64,000 nucleotides of DNA from the NCBI RefSeq assembly GCF_963921235.1, contig NC_086128.1, forward strand, positions 20,460,001 through 20,524,000, in the 5' to 3' direction. The notes under the pieces were generated by a model that saw nothing but the letters and a program-made list of their open reading frames with translations, had not been told where the DNA came from and did no database searches. Below, piece by piece: positions 1-10,512 of this stretch (the first letter of the stretch is position 1; each line of letters starts with the position of its first letter). The DNA is from Mobula hypostoma (Eukaryota). Both the position numbers and the translations under genes were made by a program.

Positions 1-399
1 CTCCACCAATCAGAAAGGGAGCCTCGTCCTGTGACTGCATTCCATCTGCTTGAAAGTACCAATCAGACACGAGGGTTGGCCATGTGTCAGTTTTGCCGGA
101 CAATGACCAGGAAGTCGGGCTCAGGGATTCCACCGTTGCACGACATCAATAGCGAAAACATCACACACGAAATGCTGGAGGAACTCAGCAGGTCAGGCAG
201 CGTCTGCAGACTTTATCGTGTTTATGAATCGTAAAAGTCCGCTCTTTGTGCGATTATTACATGCTAATGAAGTAATGACAATAAAAATGGCGAGAACTCT
301 CGGGTGCTGAAATTAATTTAAAATATAAAAAAAGAAAAGATTGGAAATATTTGGCAGACCAAAACCAAAGTTACCATTCAGAACTCAAAGAGAAATAGT

Positions 400-700
400 T
401 TCTAATCAAGTCCAGTTGTTTTCCTTGGAATGGAGGCCGAGGGGGAACCTGATGGAGGTGTACAAAATTACAAAATTAGGAGGGGCATATATAGAGTAGA
501 CGCTAGAATATTTGCCCATTGGAGAAGTATCTCAAGCAAGAGCATGGGTTTAAGAGGTTTAGAGGGGATCTGAAGAAAAATTATTTCATCCAGAGGGTGT
601 TTCATATCTGGAACGCCCTGTCCTAGAGAAGGTGGTGAAGGCAGAGGCTCACAACGTTTAGGGAGAAATAAACACTTGTAAGCATAAGATACTCTGCAGA
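400..700 (+). mobile_element. CR1 LINE 3' fragment
   Basis: Degenerate LFSLE.RRLRGDL.EVYKI / NFF.QRV..WN.LP region. Confidence 0.65.
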
Positions 701-895
701 AGCTGGAACTCTTGAGCACCAATTTGATTTGCCAACACAGGGAAAGTACTGGTCAACATACCATGCACCATCAATCTTTAGGTCATGTCACTCAAGACTT
801 CTGCTAATATTATTTTTGTGTCAGTCTGTGCTATCGTAACTATATGTGCTGTGTGTAACTGTACTTTGCACCTTAGCCCCTGAGGAATAATGTCT

Positions 896-1189
896 TGGTC
901 TAAAAGTGGGAGATATGTATTCGATCCTTTATCAGCAATCAGCAAACATACAATCTTGAAGCAATGACAGCGTACCCAAGTGTAAGTTAAGTGTAATTGA
1001 GCAGTCAGGAAAATATATGACAGCCATCGGACCCCAGCCCCAAACTGCTACGAATAAAGCATGAATACTTAACTTATTCCTTTCGTTTTTACCACACCCC
1101 CCACTCATGCCACTAGTTACCATAGTAAACATTTTAAACATGCAACACAGAATACGATGCAGATAGAGAATAAATACATGGCTCCTACA
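896..1189 (-). repeat. 3' LTR of BEL element
   Basis: Aligns along its length with 3655-3942. Confidence 0.8.
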
Positions 1190-3654
1190 TTCCAGCTCCC
1201 TAATTATTACACTATAATAACTACAACTACATGCTACCAAGATACAGGAGACATGAAATCTCAACATTTACACAAAATATCCTCTTTCTGGTAAGCAGAC
1301 CGTCCTGGATTGTGATCTTCTCCTAACAAACCAGATTGTTCCTCTTGACTACATTCAGGGAAATCTAATTTGAAGCGCTGCTGCCAAAGCTCATCCAAGT
1401 ACAAATCTGAAGTCCCATTAACTGTCAGTTCTGGCTGAGCATAGTCTCTTCACCACCATGGTCTCCTTTCAGTAGTCCATTTACAGTCCAATCCAGGATT
1501 TTTCTGATTGCATAGAGTCCATCATTAACACTACAAGTCAATTGCAGCAGCTCTAATGTCTTAGGTACATTCACCCCTATAAACAGTTGAATTTTCAGTA
1601 AACATATATGCTTCAAGTAAGACCATTCCTGAAGATCTCTCTGGCAAGGAATGTTCCCTTCGTGGACAAACATACATTCCTGTTAGACAGTTCATAGTAG
1701 TTTTCACTCTCTAAGTCAACCACTTCCAATCTTTAAGACAGCATAGCTACTCACAACATTCTCTTGACCTATGGAACGTAAGAGAATGCATGTTCTTTTT
1801 TCTGTCAAGTTAAGTTTGTTCATGAGGCTCTCTGTACAAGACACTGCTGTACTTCCTTGATCTGGGAAAGCCTAAGTAACCACTGTTGTTACTCTTCTTA
1901 GACTTCACCTGAACTGGAACTATAGGAAGTTTACAACCAAGATCACCAGCTCTGTAAGGCCAGGGCACTACTCATACTGTGCTTGATTCACTCATGGCTT
2001 TTTTTGAATATACACACTTTTCTTGAGAGTAAATATGAAGTATGCAGAGATGCTTGCCACTGCATATCTTGCGTAAAAGACACCTCTTGCAATCCTTGCT
2101 GGAGTGTCCTGTACACAGACAACCAAAGGAGATACCATTTTTTTTTAGGAAGATAATTATGAACCTTTTTTTCCAGCTGAGAGCAGGAATCCAAAGTTCA
2201 CCCTGGCAGAACAGGTAAATCCTTTCATAAGTTCTGGGTTCAGTTTTAGCTTTACTTGTCACCATAGCCACAGTAGTAGAAAAGCTGCTTCCTTTAGTTT
2301 TCGACTGAATTTGTGATCCAGTTTTGTTCACACTTTTGCTTACTGTCAGCGATGTAGTATTGTATTTCTTCCCAAACACCAGGTGTGTAGCAATCTTTAC
2401 TTGCCTTTCAATAAAATCAACAATGTCAGTGAAACTAATCTTACAGTTGTGCCTTTCTTACAGTTTACAGACCACAGATCTCCATTTTTCCCTAGGTTTA
2501 TGGGGCAATTTATTTACGACAATCCTCATATTAGCAGGCACGCACGGCCTGGCCATCTTCCATGGCATTGCAACAGCCTCTGAGAAAAAAAAACTGTAAC
2601 CTTGAAGAGCTTTCACCTCTTCTGATTTGATATGTGGCTAAGAAAGAGCCTTTTCCATGTAGGCCACAGCAATTTTGTGCTCATCACCAAAATGCAGTAA
2701 AGCTTGGGCCTTTAGATATCATTGATCCAGGTTGGCTCGCTGGCAACTTTTGATAAGCTCTCTAGGATAACCTCCAGTGAACTGTTCAAGAAAATGGAGA
2801 TGGTCACCATAATTATCAGACTTGCCTTCATTGTCAATCCTGAAAGCTCTCATAAACGAATGATACTGCAATGGATCGCCATTGAAGATTTGAGTCTCTC
2901 TTTTAGGCAGAGATGCAATGCATTATTGTTGCTTCACTATACTTGTTATTTCCTTTCGCATCCATATGGCCTCTAGCACAGCATTTAAGCCTTTATCCTC
3001 TGAAAGACGAGTGTCTCCATACTGTAAATCAATTTCCTCAGAAGCATCTTGTGCATTAGAATGGCATAGGTTCAGAGTACTTCCTTGATGCAGGCTGAGA
3101 GTGAACACCCTGAACTACCCTTTGGGGTTCAAACTCATGGCCCATAGACATTTGGCCCATTGACATCAAGTATGTTGGACTTTCTCTGTGCCATGTCAAA
3201 ATAGGAACTCACACCATAGAACTGTCCTGCTGGAGCACGCTTAGCACACTCACAGCACTTGAAGCCTTCGCACTTTAACTCTGGCCATCTTGGCTGCTAT
3301 TTCTTCTTGAAAGTTAAGCTGCTCCATCTTGAGGAGCAACTTGTGTTTATCCCTCAATATTTGTTGTGTTGCACACAACTCAGCTAAATCAGCCTCCGTT
3401 TTAGTGCATGCCAAGGAGGTACCAGACACTTGGGTCAATCTGCTTGCAATAGAACTGAACACACAGCATGAAACAACAAAAGGTCATTCTTTGCCATAGG
3501 CTACTCCAGGCTGTGGTGCTTCTACTTTTGCAGCCAGGTCCGAATGCTGATGTTTGTTTGGTGTAACTGTTGAGAACTTTTGCTGACAGAATGTAGCAGC
3601 CATTTCTAACCAAAACAATTGCCACTGCCGGCAACCCCATGGATTTGTTAGACT

Positions 3655-3942
3655 TGTTCCAAAAGTTGAAGATACGTATTTGATCCTTTATTAGCAATTA
3701 GTAAACATACAATCTTGAAGCGATGAAACTTAAGCGTACCCAAGTGAAAGTTACATATAATCAAGCAGTCAGCAAAAGATATGACATCCGTCGGTCCTCA
3801 GCCCCAAACTACCACAAACAAAGCACAAATACGTAACTTGTTCCCTTCGCCTTTACCACGACCCCACACATGTGACTAGTTACATAATAAACACGCAATA
3901 CAAAATACAATGCAGATAGAGGACAGATACATGACTTCTACA
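3655..3942 (-). repeat. 5' LTR of BEL element
   Basis: TGTT...TACA termini; aligns with 896-1189. Confidence 0.8.
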
Positions 3943-5447
3943 GGCCTCCATGTATGTAACACCCTTACCTGGAGACTGTGCGGTGTGCAGCAACGATGTC
4001 AAGCAGCATGCAACAGATGGCTGATATAGCTGTTGCAATATTATAGTGTGACCAGGCCTCAAACACAGGAGCAAGGTTACCAGAGCCTATGGCCTACTCC
4101 ACTGTATGTTTGAGTGTCCTTCCCTATCCAAGATATTGTCAGCAATTTGCTAGTAAAACATAATTTGAAATTCTCATAGATGATTTGATGTCTTCCACCT
4201 ATTAAGCAAGTCCTTTGCCTTTGTTGGGAGTTGCCAACTACAATGATCACTGCCCCAGGCACCAACCTCTGATATTATTATTTCCCATCAGCTTCTAGCA
4301 ATATGTAGTGCCTGCCCTAGTTACCAATCACAGGGGAACAACGTGGTGAAATCATTTACTTTAAATTTTTATTTTTTTCAGAATTTGGTATCACTGGCAA
4401 GGCCAGCATGTTTCACTGCCATTGAATAGACTGGCTTGCTAGGCCAAGAATGAGAGCATTCAAGATTGAACCACATGGGTCTGGAATCACTTGGGCAACC
4501 CCCATATTTGGTAGACAATAGGATAGATTTTTTTGCATTCCTAGAAAACAGTCTGCGCATGCACCACCAAAATATGAGTTGAAAAAAAGTCATGATTAAT
4601 TTACTTTTTTTCACATAAATTCCATGAGAACAAATTTAATTCTGTGTCTCTTTTTTTTTTGTTAGTGATTTGTGAATTCTATAAAGTCAAAATTGGGGGT
4701 GAGGGAGGCCACCTGTAGACGAGGCCAGGTAAGGATAACAGGTTTCCTTCCCTGTGGAAGTTAGTGAACTGGATGGGTTTTTAATGACAATCTGATGGTT
4801 TTGTGGTCATCATCAATGAGACTGGTAATTTATTCCGAATCCTACATTATTAACTGAATATAAATTCAACAGCTGTCATGCCAGGTTTCTGTATTGTTAC
4901 CTGAGGTTACTGGCTTTCTAATCAAGTAACATAACTACTGGACCACCACACCTACCACAGAAGCAGTAGTTCCTATTTGGAGTTAGTTCCACATGTAATC
5001 ATATGAACAATTGATTCTTAAACATTTCTGCTTTAATGTGTGCTTTGACATATACAAGAATTCCTAGACTCATATAGTCACTTTAAAGTGGAAAATCATC
5101 CCAATACACAGAAAACTGGACACTGGCTACATCAGGAGACATGAAGGCAGATGAGCAAATGTGTGGCTTTAAGGATCACCATACTGGAATAAAAAATAGA
5201 GGTAGAGTTGTGGAGAGCTTAGTCTCTTGGCAACTGAAGGTACAGCTGCAAATGAATCCATATAATCCAGAAATGATCAATAGGCTAGCACCTTCCTCCA
5301 ATGTAGAAAAACATGTTCCTGTTTCCCCACACCACAGTGAAGTCCCAATGGATATTTCCAAGACCCAACTCTACTGCCAGTCAAATGCAACACACACATA
5401 ATGCTGGAGGAACTTAGCAGGCCGGGCAGCACCTATGGAAGAGTAAA

Positions 5448-5485
5448 CAGTCTATGTTTCAGGCCGAGACCCTTCATCAGGACTG
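5448..5485 (-). ncRNA. Minimal type I hammerhead-ribozyme-like motif (Penelope-associated), probably decayed
   Basis: Minus strand CAGTC-CTGATGA-AGGGTCTCGGCCT-GAAAC-ATA-GACTG. Stem I is CAGTC/GACTG; core boxes CUGAUGA and GAAA are present. Confidence 0.6.
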
Positions 5486-6769
5486 GAAAGAAAGTCAGAG
5501 TAAGATTCTGTATCTACTGCCAATGCACTTTCTCACTCCTCAGCCAATCAACAATGCAAGATAGCAAGCACCAATCCACAGTTACCCTTACCCCTAGCCT
5601 TATAATAGGTGATTCCCATCCAAGCACCAACTCATATTCCCTGACCATGTAGCAACTTGGGCCATGGAAACAGTGTAAGTTTGGGCTAGTGGGCTAGGGC
5701 AAGGAAAGTAGAGATAACACCTCACACTTGTTACTGGAAGGGACAGAGGAGAGGGTTTAAGGTGATAGTTTGAGATAAAACTGGTGACAAGTGGAGGAAA
5801 TGCTGGAAACACTCAGCAGGCCTTATAGTTATTCTCTCAGTCCAAGTGTCTTATGTTTAAAGGTGTCACTGTATTACCAAAAATATAATTATCCACCATT
5901 CATAAACATAGGACAGCTTCCAGATGCCTATTAATAATACTGTGGAGCAATTCCATCTCCTCACCAACTCACTCGTTTTCATATTGCTAACTGACATTTA
6001 ATTTTGGAATGAGCTGTCATTTCTTTCAAGTAAACACTGGGGAGATTGAGACTATGGTCTTTGGCACTCTCTTTTATCACTGTTTCTATCACAGGTTCAT
6101 TGAGACTCTGGTGCTCTATTTGATTCCACGATAAGTGTTCAACTCAATTATGTATCCCCTTCGCTGCAAAGAATTTTGACTTTCACTCACATAACATTGT
6201 CTGCATTAGCCCCAGCTGAGCCCATTTACTGGTGAAACTCTCATCTATGGCCTTGTCACTTCAGGATTTGACTTTCCAATGCCCTTTCATGAGAATCAGA
6301 TCTACTGTATATAATTCCCAGAATAATTTTGGGTTAACTAAACTTAAAGAAAATTGGCAGCAAGAGGTGACTTCCAATCTGCCTCTTTCTTTAAGTTTAA
6401 TTCATCCAAAATCCTACTGGGGAAAAAATGGCAATTATATATATCTGATTCTCCTGAAATCATTGATCTGAAACATTAACTGTTCCTTGCTCCAGAGATG
6501 CTGCCTGGCCTGGTGCGCATTTCCAGCATTATTTATTTTTACTGCATAGATTTATATCACATTTTACAGCCATAGATGATCCCAATGTGCTTCACAGCCA
6601 AAGAAAAGAAAATGCAATGGATAATGACAAGATAATCTGTTCATCTATTTTAATTATGACAATTGAGATTAGTATTTGTCAGAACATGATTTTTTTTCCA
6701 GAACAGTGACAAGGAATCTTTTATTCTATGTTCACTAAAGAGGGCAGTCTGGTCCCTTGTTTCACATCT

Positions 6770-7720
6770 CAAATTTCAAGTTTAAAGTAAATTTATTAAC
6801 AAACTATATATATATATCACCATATACAACCCTGAGATGCATATTCTTGTGGGCATACTCAATAAATCCAGTAACCATAATAGAATCAATGAAAGACTGC
6901 ACCAACAGGGTGGACAACCTGTGTGCAAATGACAACAAACTGTGGAAATACAAAAAGAAAGAAAAATTGAAATAATAAATTAATAAATAAATAAATAAAT
7001 AAGCAATAAATTTCAAGAATATGAAATGAAGAGTTCTTGAAAGTGAGTCAATTGGTTGTGGGAACAACTCAGTGATGGGCAAGTGAAGTTGAGTAAAGTT
7101 ATCCCCTCAAGACCCTGATGGTAATAACTGTTCCTGAACCTGGTGGTGTAAGTCTTGAGGCTCCTGTACCTTCTTCCTGATGGTAGCAGAGAGAAGAGAG
7201 CGTGGCCTGGGTGGTAGGGGTCCTTGATGACGGATGCTGCTTTCCTGCGACAATGCTCTGTGTAGATGTGCTCAGTGGTGGGGAGGCCTTTACCTGTGAT
7301 GGACTGGGCCATAGGATTTTCTGTTCAAGGGCATTGGTGTTTCCATATGAGGCTATAATGCTCTCAATATATCGTCCGCTACACATCTATAGAAGTTTGT
7401 CAAAGTTTTAGATGACATGCTGAATCTTCGCAAACTCCTAAGGAAGTAGAGGAGCTGTTGTGCTTTCTTCATAATTGCACTTACTGTACATGCTGGGCTC
7501 TGAAGTAATAACACGAGGGAATTTAAAGTTGCTGACACTCTCCACCTCTGATTTCCCACGATGAGGACTGGCTCATGGACCTCTGGTCTCCTCCTCCTGG
7601 AGTCAATAATCAGCTCTTTGGTCTTGCTGACATTGAGTAAAAGGTTGCTGTTGTGTTACTACTCAGCCAGATTTTCAATCTCCCTCGCTTCTGTTGATTC
7701 GTCACCACCTTCTATTTGGC
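6770..7720 (-). mobile_element. Rex1/Babar-type LINE 3' part
   Basis: KKAQQLLYFLRSLRRFSMSSKTLTNFYRC...[30 protein letters not shown]; same family at 22790-23580. Confidence 0.75.
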
Positions 7721-8578
7721 CTATGGTATCTCATACATGAACAAGCATTTCCAACAGTACACCAATGAAATTAGCCTGGATTCTGTGTTCATCTCTTAAG
7801 TAGGAATGGAAACCACAACCCAAATGAGCATAGCTGATCAATGCCAATAGAACATGTCTTTGTAATATCAAGTCTACTTGCACCTCACCTTGCACATTCG
7901 GTTTGGCTGCAAGTTTAGTCTTGGCATGTCCTTGCCTACGACGCTGTTCATGAATGCCATAACCATTGACCTTTGGGATTCAGCAGTTGGAAAACTGAAC
8001 ACAAGAAATTTAATTCCTATGAAAATCCTAATCTCCAAAAGCTTGATTTGTTGCATCACTTTTGAACAGTGGCCTTTTTCACGGGGTAATACTGAACAGT
8101 TGCTCGCACTACTTTCTTAAACATTATGGCAGGTTGGTATATCTTGAAACTCAAACCAGTTCTGATGGAGGGTCTGAGGCCTGAAATTTTAATTCTGATT
8201 TCTTCTCCAGATGCTGCCAGAGCTGATGAAGGTTTGCACCATTTTCTGATTTTTCTTCAGAAGCTCTTTGTTACTGAACCAGGAGGCTGATTTTATCCTT
8301 AAAAAATACTTTATTTTATATAGATACAGTGGCATGCAAAAGTTTGGGCACCCCTGGTCAAAATTTCTGTTACTGTGAATAGTTAAGTGAGTAGAAGATG
8401 AACTGATCTCCAAAAGTAATAAAGTTAAAGATGAAACATTCTTTTCAACATTTTAAGCAAGATTGGTGTATTATTTTTGTTTTGTACAATTTTAGAGTGA
8501 AAAAAAAGGAAAGGAGCACCACGCAAAAGTTTGGGCACCCCAAGAGATTTGAGCTCTCAGATAACTTTTACCAAGGTC

Positions 8579-9153
8579 AGTCAGTGGGTGCCGCCCCAAA
8601 TCCAGGGTTGGCGGCTATGCACCTCCATGTTCTTCGATCTTGCGACAGCACCGAGTATAGCCTCTCTTCCAGTTTGTTCTTGCTGGCCGCCTTGGCACTG
8701 CCCGCCGCTGCCCCTGCCGAACTCGAGCCCGAGGCCGTGTCGGCTTTCAGCCGTGGCCGCTTCTTCAAGCTCAGCCCTTCCTTAGGCAGAGGCCTTGGGC
8801 AGGTCCAGGCACACAGTGCAGCACCCAAGTTCATCAATCTCTTCTAACTAGGTGCATAGCATACACTTCGTAGATATGTGGTGAGGCTTTAATCTCTTCC
8901 ACGGAAGATGGCCGTTGGCTCACAAGGAGCTCATCCACCCTTTGTTAGGTCTTGTTTTCTTTCAGTCCTGCTGGGTGTCCTCACACCCTCTTTACCAGAC
9001 TAAGTCTGGTGGGGGAGCCGGCTCAAGTCGCCGACCACTCGACCACGGCCCCCGGCCAAGCGCCGGGCGCCCACCCCCCGCCAAATCTCTCCGAGCGTCT
9101 GGTGCCCGACCAAAAACTATGGTCGAGTGGCCGGCAACCAAACCAGAAGTACT
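8579..9153. mobile_element. Unclassified 575-bp GC-rich insertion (AGT...ACT ends, 6-bp TSD AAGGTC) nested in the Tc1
   Basis: AAGGTC at 8573-8578 and 9154-9159; abrupt GC/CpG shift at both junctions. Confidence 0.75.
8645..8824 (-). pseudogene. CYHR1: Captured, circularly permuted fragment of CYHR1/ZFTRAF1 coding sequence
   Basis: Minus strand encodes [12 protein letters not shown] (8823-8788), then KKRPRL...[10 protein letters not shown] (to ~8646). Native CYHR1 as recalled reads KKR...[26 protein letters not shown]. Confidence 0.85.
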
Positions 9154-9288
9154 AAGGTCTCAGACCTTAACTAGCTTGTTAGGGCTATGATTTATTCACA
9201 GTCATCGTTAGGAAAGGCTAAGTGATGCAAATTTCAAAGCTTTATAAATACCCTGACTTCTCAAACCTTGTCCCAACAATCAGCAGTC

Positions 9289-10301
9289 ATGGGCTCCTCT
9301 AAGCAGCTGCCTAGCACTCTGAAAATTAAAATAAATGCTGCCCACAAAGCAGGAGAAGGCTATAGGAAGATAGCAAAGTATTTTCAGGTAGCCGTTTCCT
9401 CAGTTTGTAATGTAATTAAGAAATGGAAGTTAACAGGAATGGTGGAGGTCAAGTTGAGGTCCGGAAGACCAAGAAAACTTTCTGAGAGAACTGCTTGTAG
9501 GATTGCTAGAAAGGCAAATCAAAACCCCCGTTTGACTGCAAAAGACCTTCAGGAAGATTTAGCAGACTCTGTGGAGTGGTGGTGCACTGCCCTACTGTGT
9601 AGTGACACCTGCACAGATATGACCTTCATGGAAGAGTCATCAGAAGAAAACCTTTCCTGTGACCTCACCACAAAATTCAGCATCAGAAGTTTGCAAAGGA
9701 ACAGCTAAACAAGCCTGATGCATTTTGGAAACAAGTCCTGTGGACTGATTAAGTTAAAATAGAACTTTTTGGCCGCAATGAGTGAAGGTATGTTTGGAGA
9801 AAAAAGGGTGCAGAATTTCATGAAAAGAACCCCTCTCCAACTGGTATGCACAGGGGTGAATCGATCATGCTTTGGGCTTGTGTTGCAGCCAGTGGCACGG
9901 GGAACATCTCACTGGTAGAGGGAAGAATGAATTCAATTAAATACCAGCAAATTCTGGAAGCAAACATCACACTGTCTGTAAAAAAGCTGAAGATGGAAAG
10001 AGGATGGCTTCTACAACAGGATAATGATCCTAAACACCTTAAAATCCACAATGGACTACCTCAAGAGGTGCAAGCTGAAGGTTTTGCCATGGCCTCACAG
10101 TCCCCTGACCTAAACATTATCAAGAATCTGTGGATAGACCTCAAAAGAGCAGTGCATGCAAGATGGCCCAAGAATCACACAGAACTAGAAGCCTTTTGCA
10201 AGGAAGAATGGGTGAAAATCCCCCAAAAAGAATTGAAAGCTGGCTACAGAAAGCGTTTACAAGCTGTGATACTTGCCAAAGGGGGTGTTACTAAGTACTG
10301 A
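9289..10301 (+). pseudogene. Tc1 transposase pseudogene
   Basis: HTH (GEGYRKIAKYFQVAVSSV), GRPRK linker, WTD* stop, QQDNDPKH, SPDLNIIKNLW (catalytic E replaced by K), C-terminal KGGVTKY; several frameshifts. Confidence 0.92.
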
Positions 10302-10512
10302 CCATGGAGGGTGCCCAAACTTTTGCTTGGGCCCTTTTCCTTTTTTGTTATTTTTGTTACTGTGAAAGATGGATATAAAAAAGTTTTCTTGCTTAAAATA
10401 TTAAAGAAATGTGTCATCTTTAACTTTATGCCTTCTGGAAATCAGGTTATCTTTTATTCGCTTAGCTATTCACAGTAACAGAATTTTTGACCGTGGGTGC
10501 CCATACTTTCGC

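Larger units (their letters stand above)
896..3942 (-). mobile_element. BEL/Pao LTR retrotransposon, degenerate and internally deleted
   Basis: Two diverged ~290-bp direct repeats (896-1189, 3655-3942) ending in TACA. PPT-like AGGGAGCTGGAA on minus at 1190-1201. BEL-type gag zinc knuckles (FGCLCTGHSSKDC...CSGKH), protease remnant (DQGSTA, ~1850-1870) and integrase C-terminal remnant (~1260-1350). Confidence 0.85.
8327..10512 (+). mobile_element. Tc1/mariner DNA transposon of IR/DR type, inactive
   Basis: TA|CAGTGGCATGCAAAAGTTTGGGCACCC left end. ~200-bp inverted repeats, each with two copies of GCAAAAGTTTGGGCACCC (8336-8353, 8523-8540; inverted 10309-10326, 10495-10512). Transposase remnant inside. 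Confidence 0.93.

Noticed and set aside
8577-8837. 86-aa minus ORF as a functional CYHR1 paralog
   Set aside because: The RING-start block is out of order and out of frame, there is no true ATG, and the rest of the gene is absent
8431-8847. 138-aa + strand ORF with an Ala/Pro-rich, signal-peptide-like stretch
   Set aside because: It crosses the Tc1/insert junction and is the antisense shadow of the GC-rich CYHR1 fragment; no independent support
8614-8860. CRISPR-like repeat-spacer array
   Set aside because: Only two imperfect 16-bp repeats in vertebrate DNA with no cas genes; kept only as a cassette-like observation
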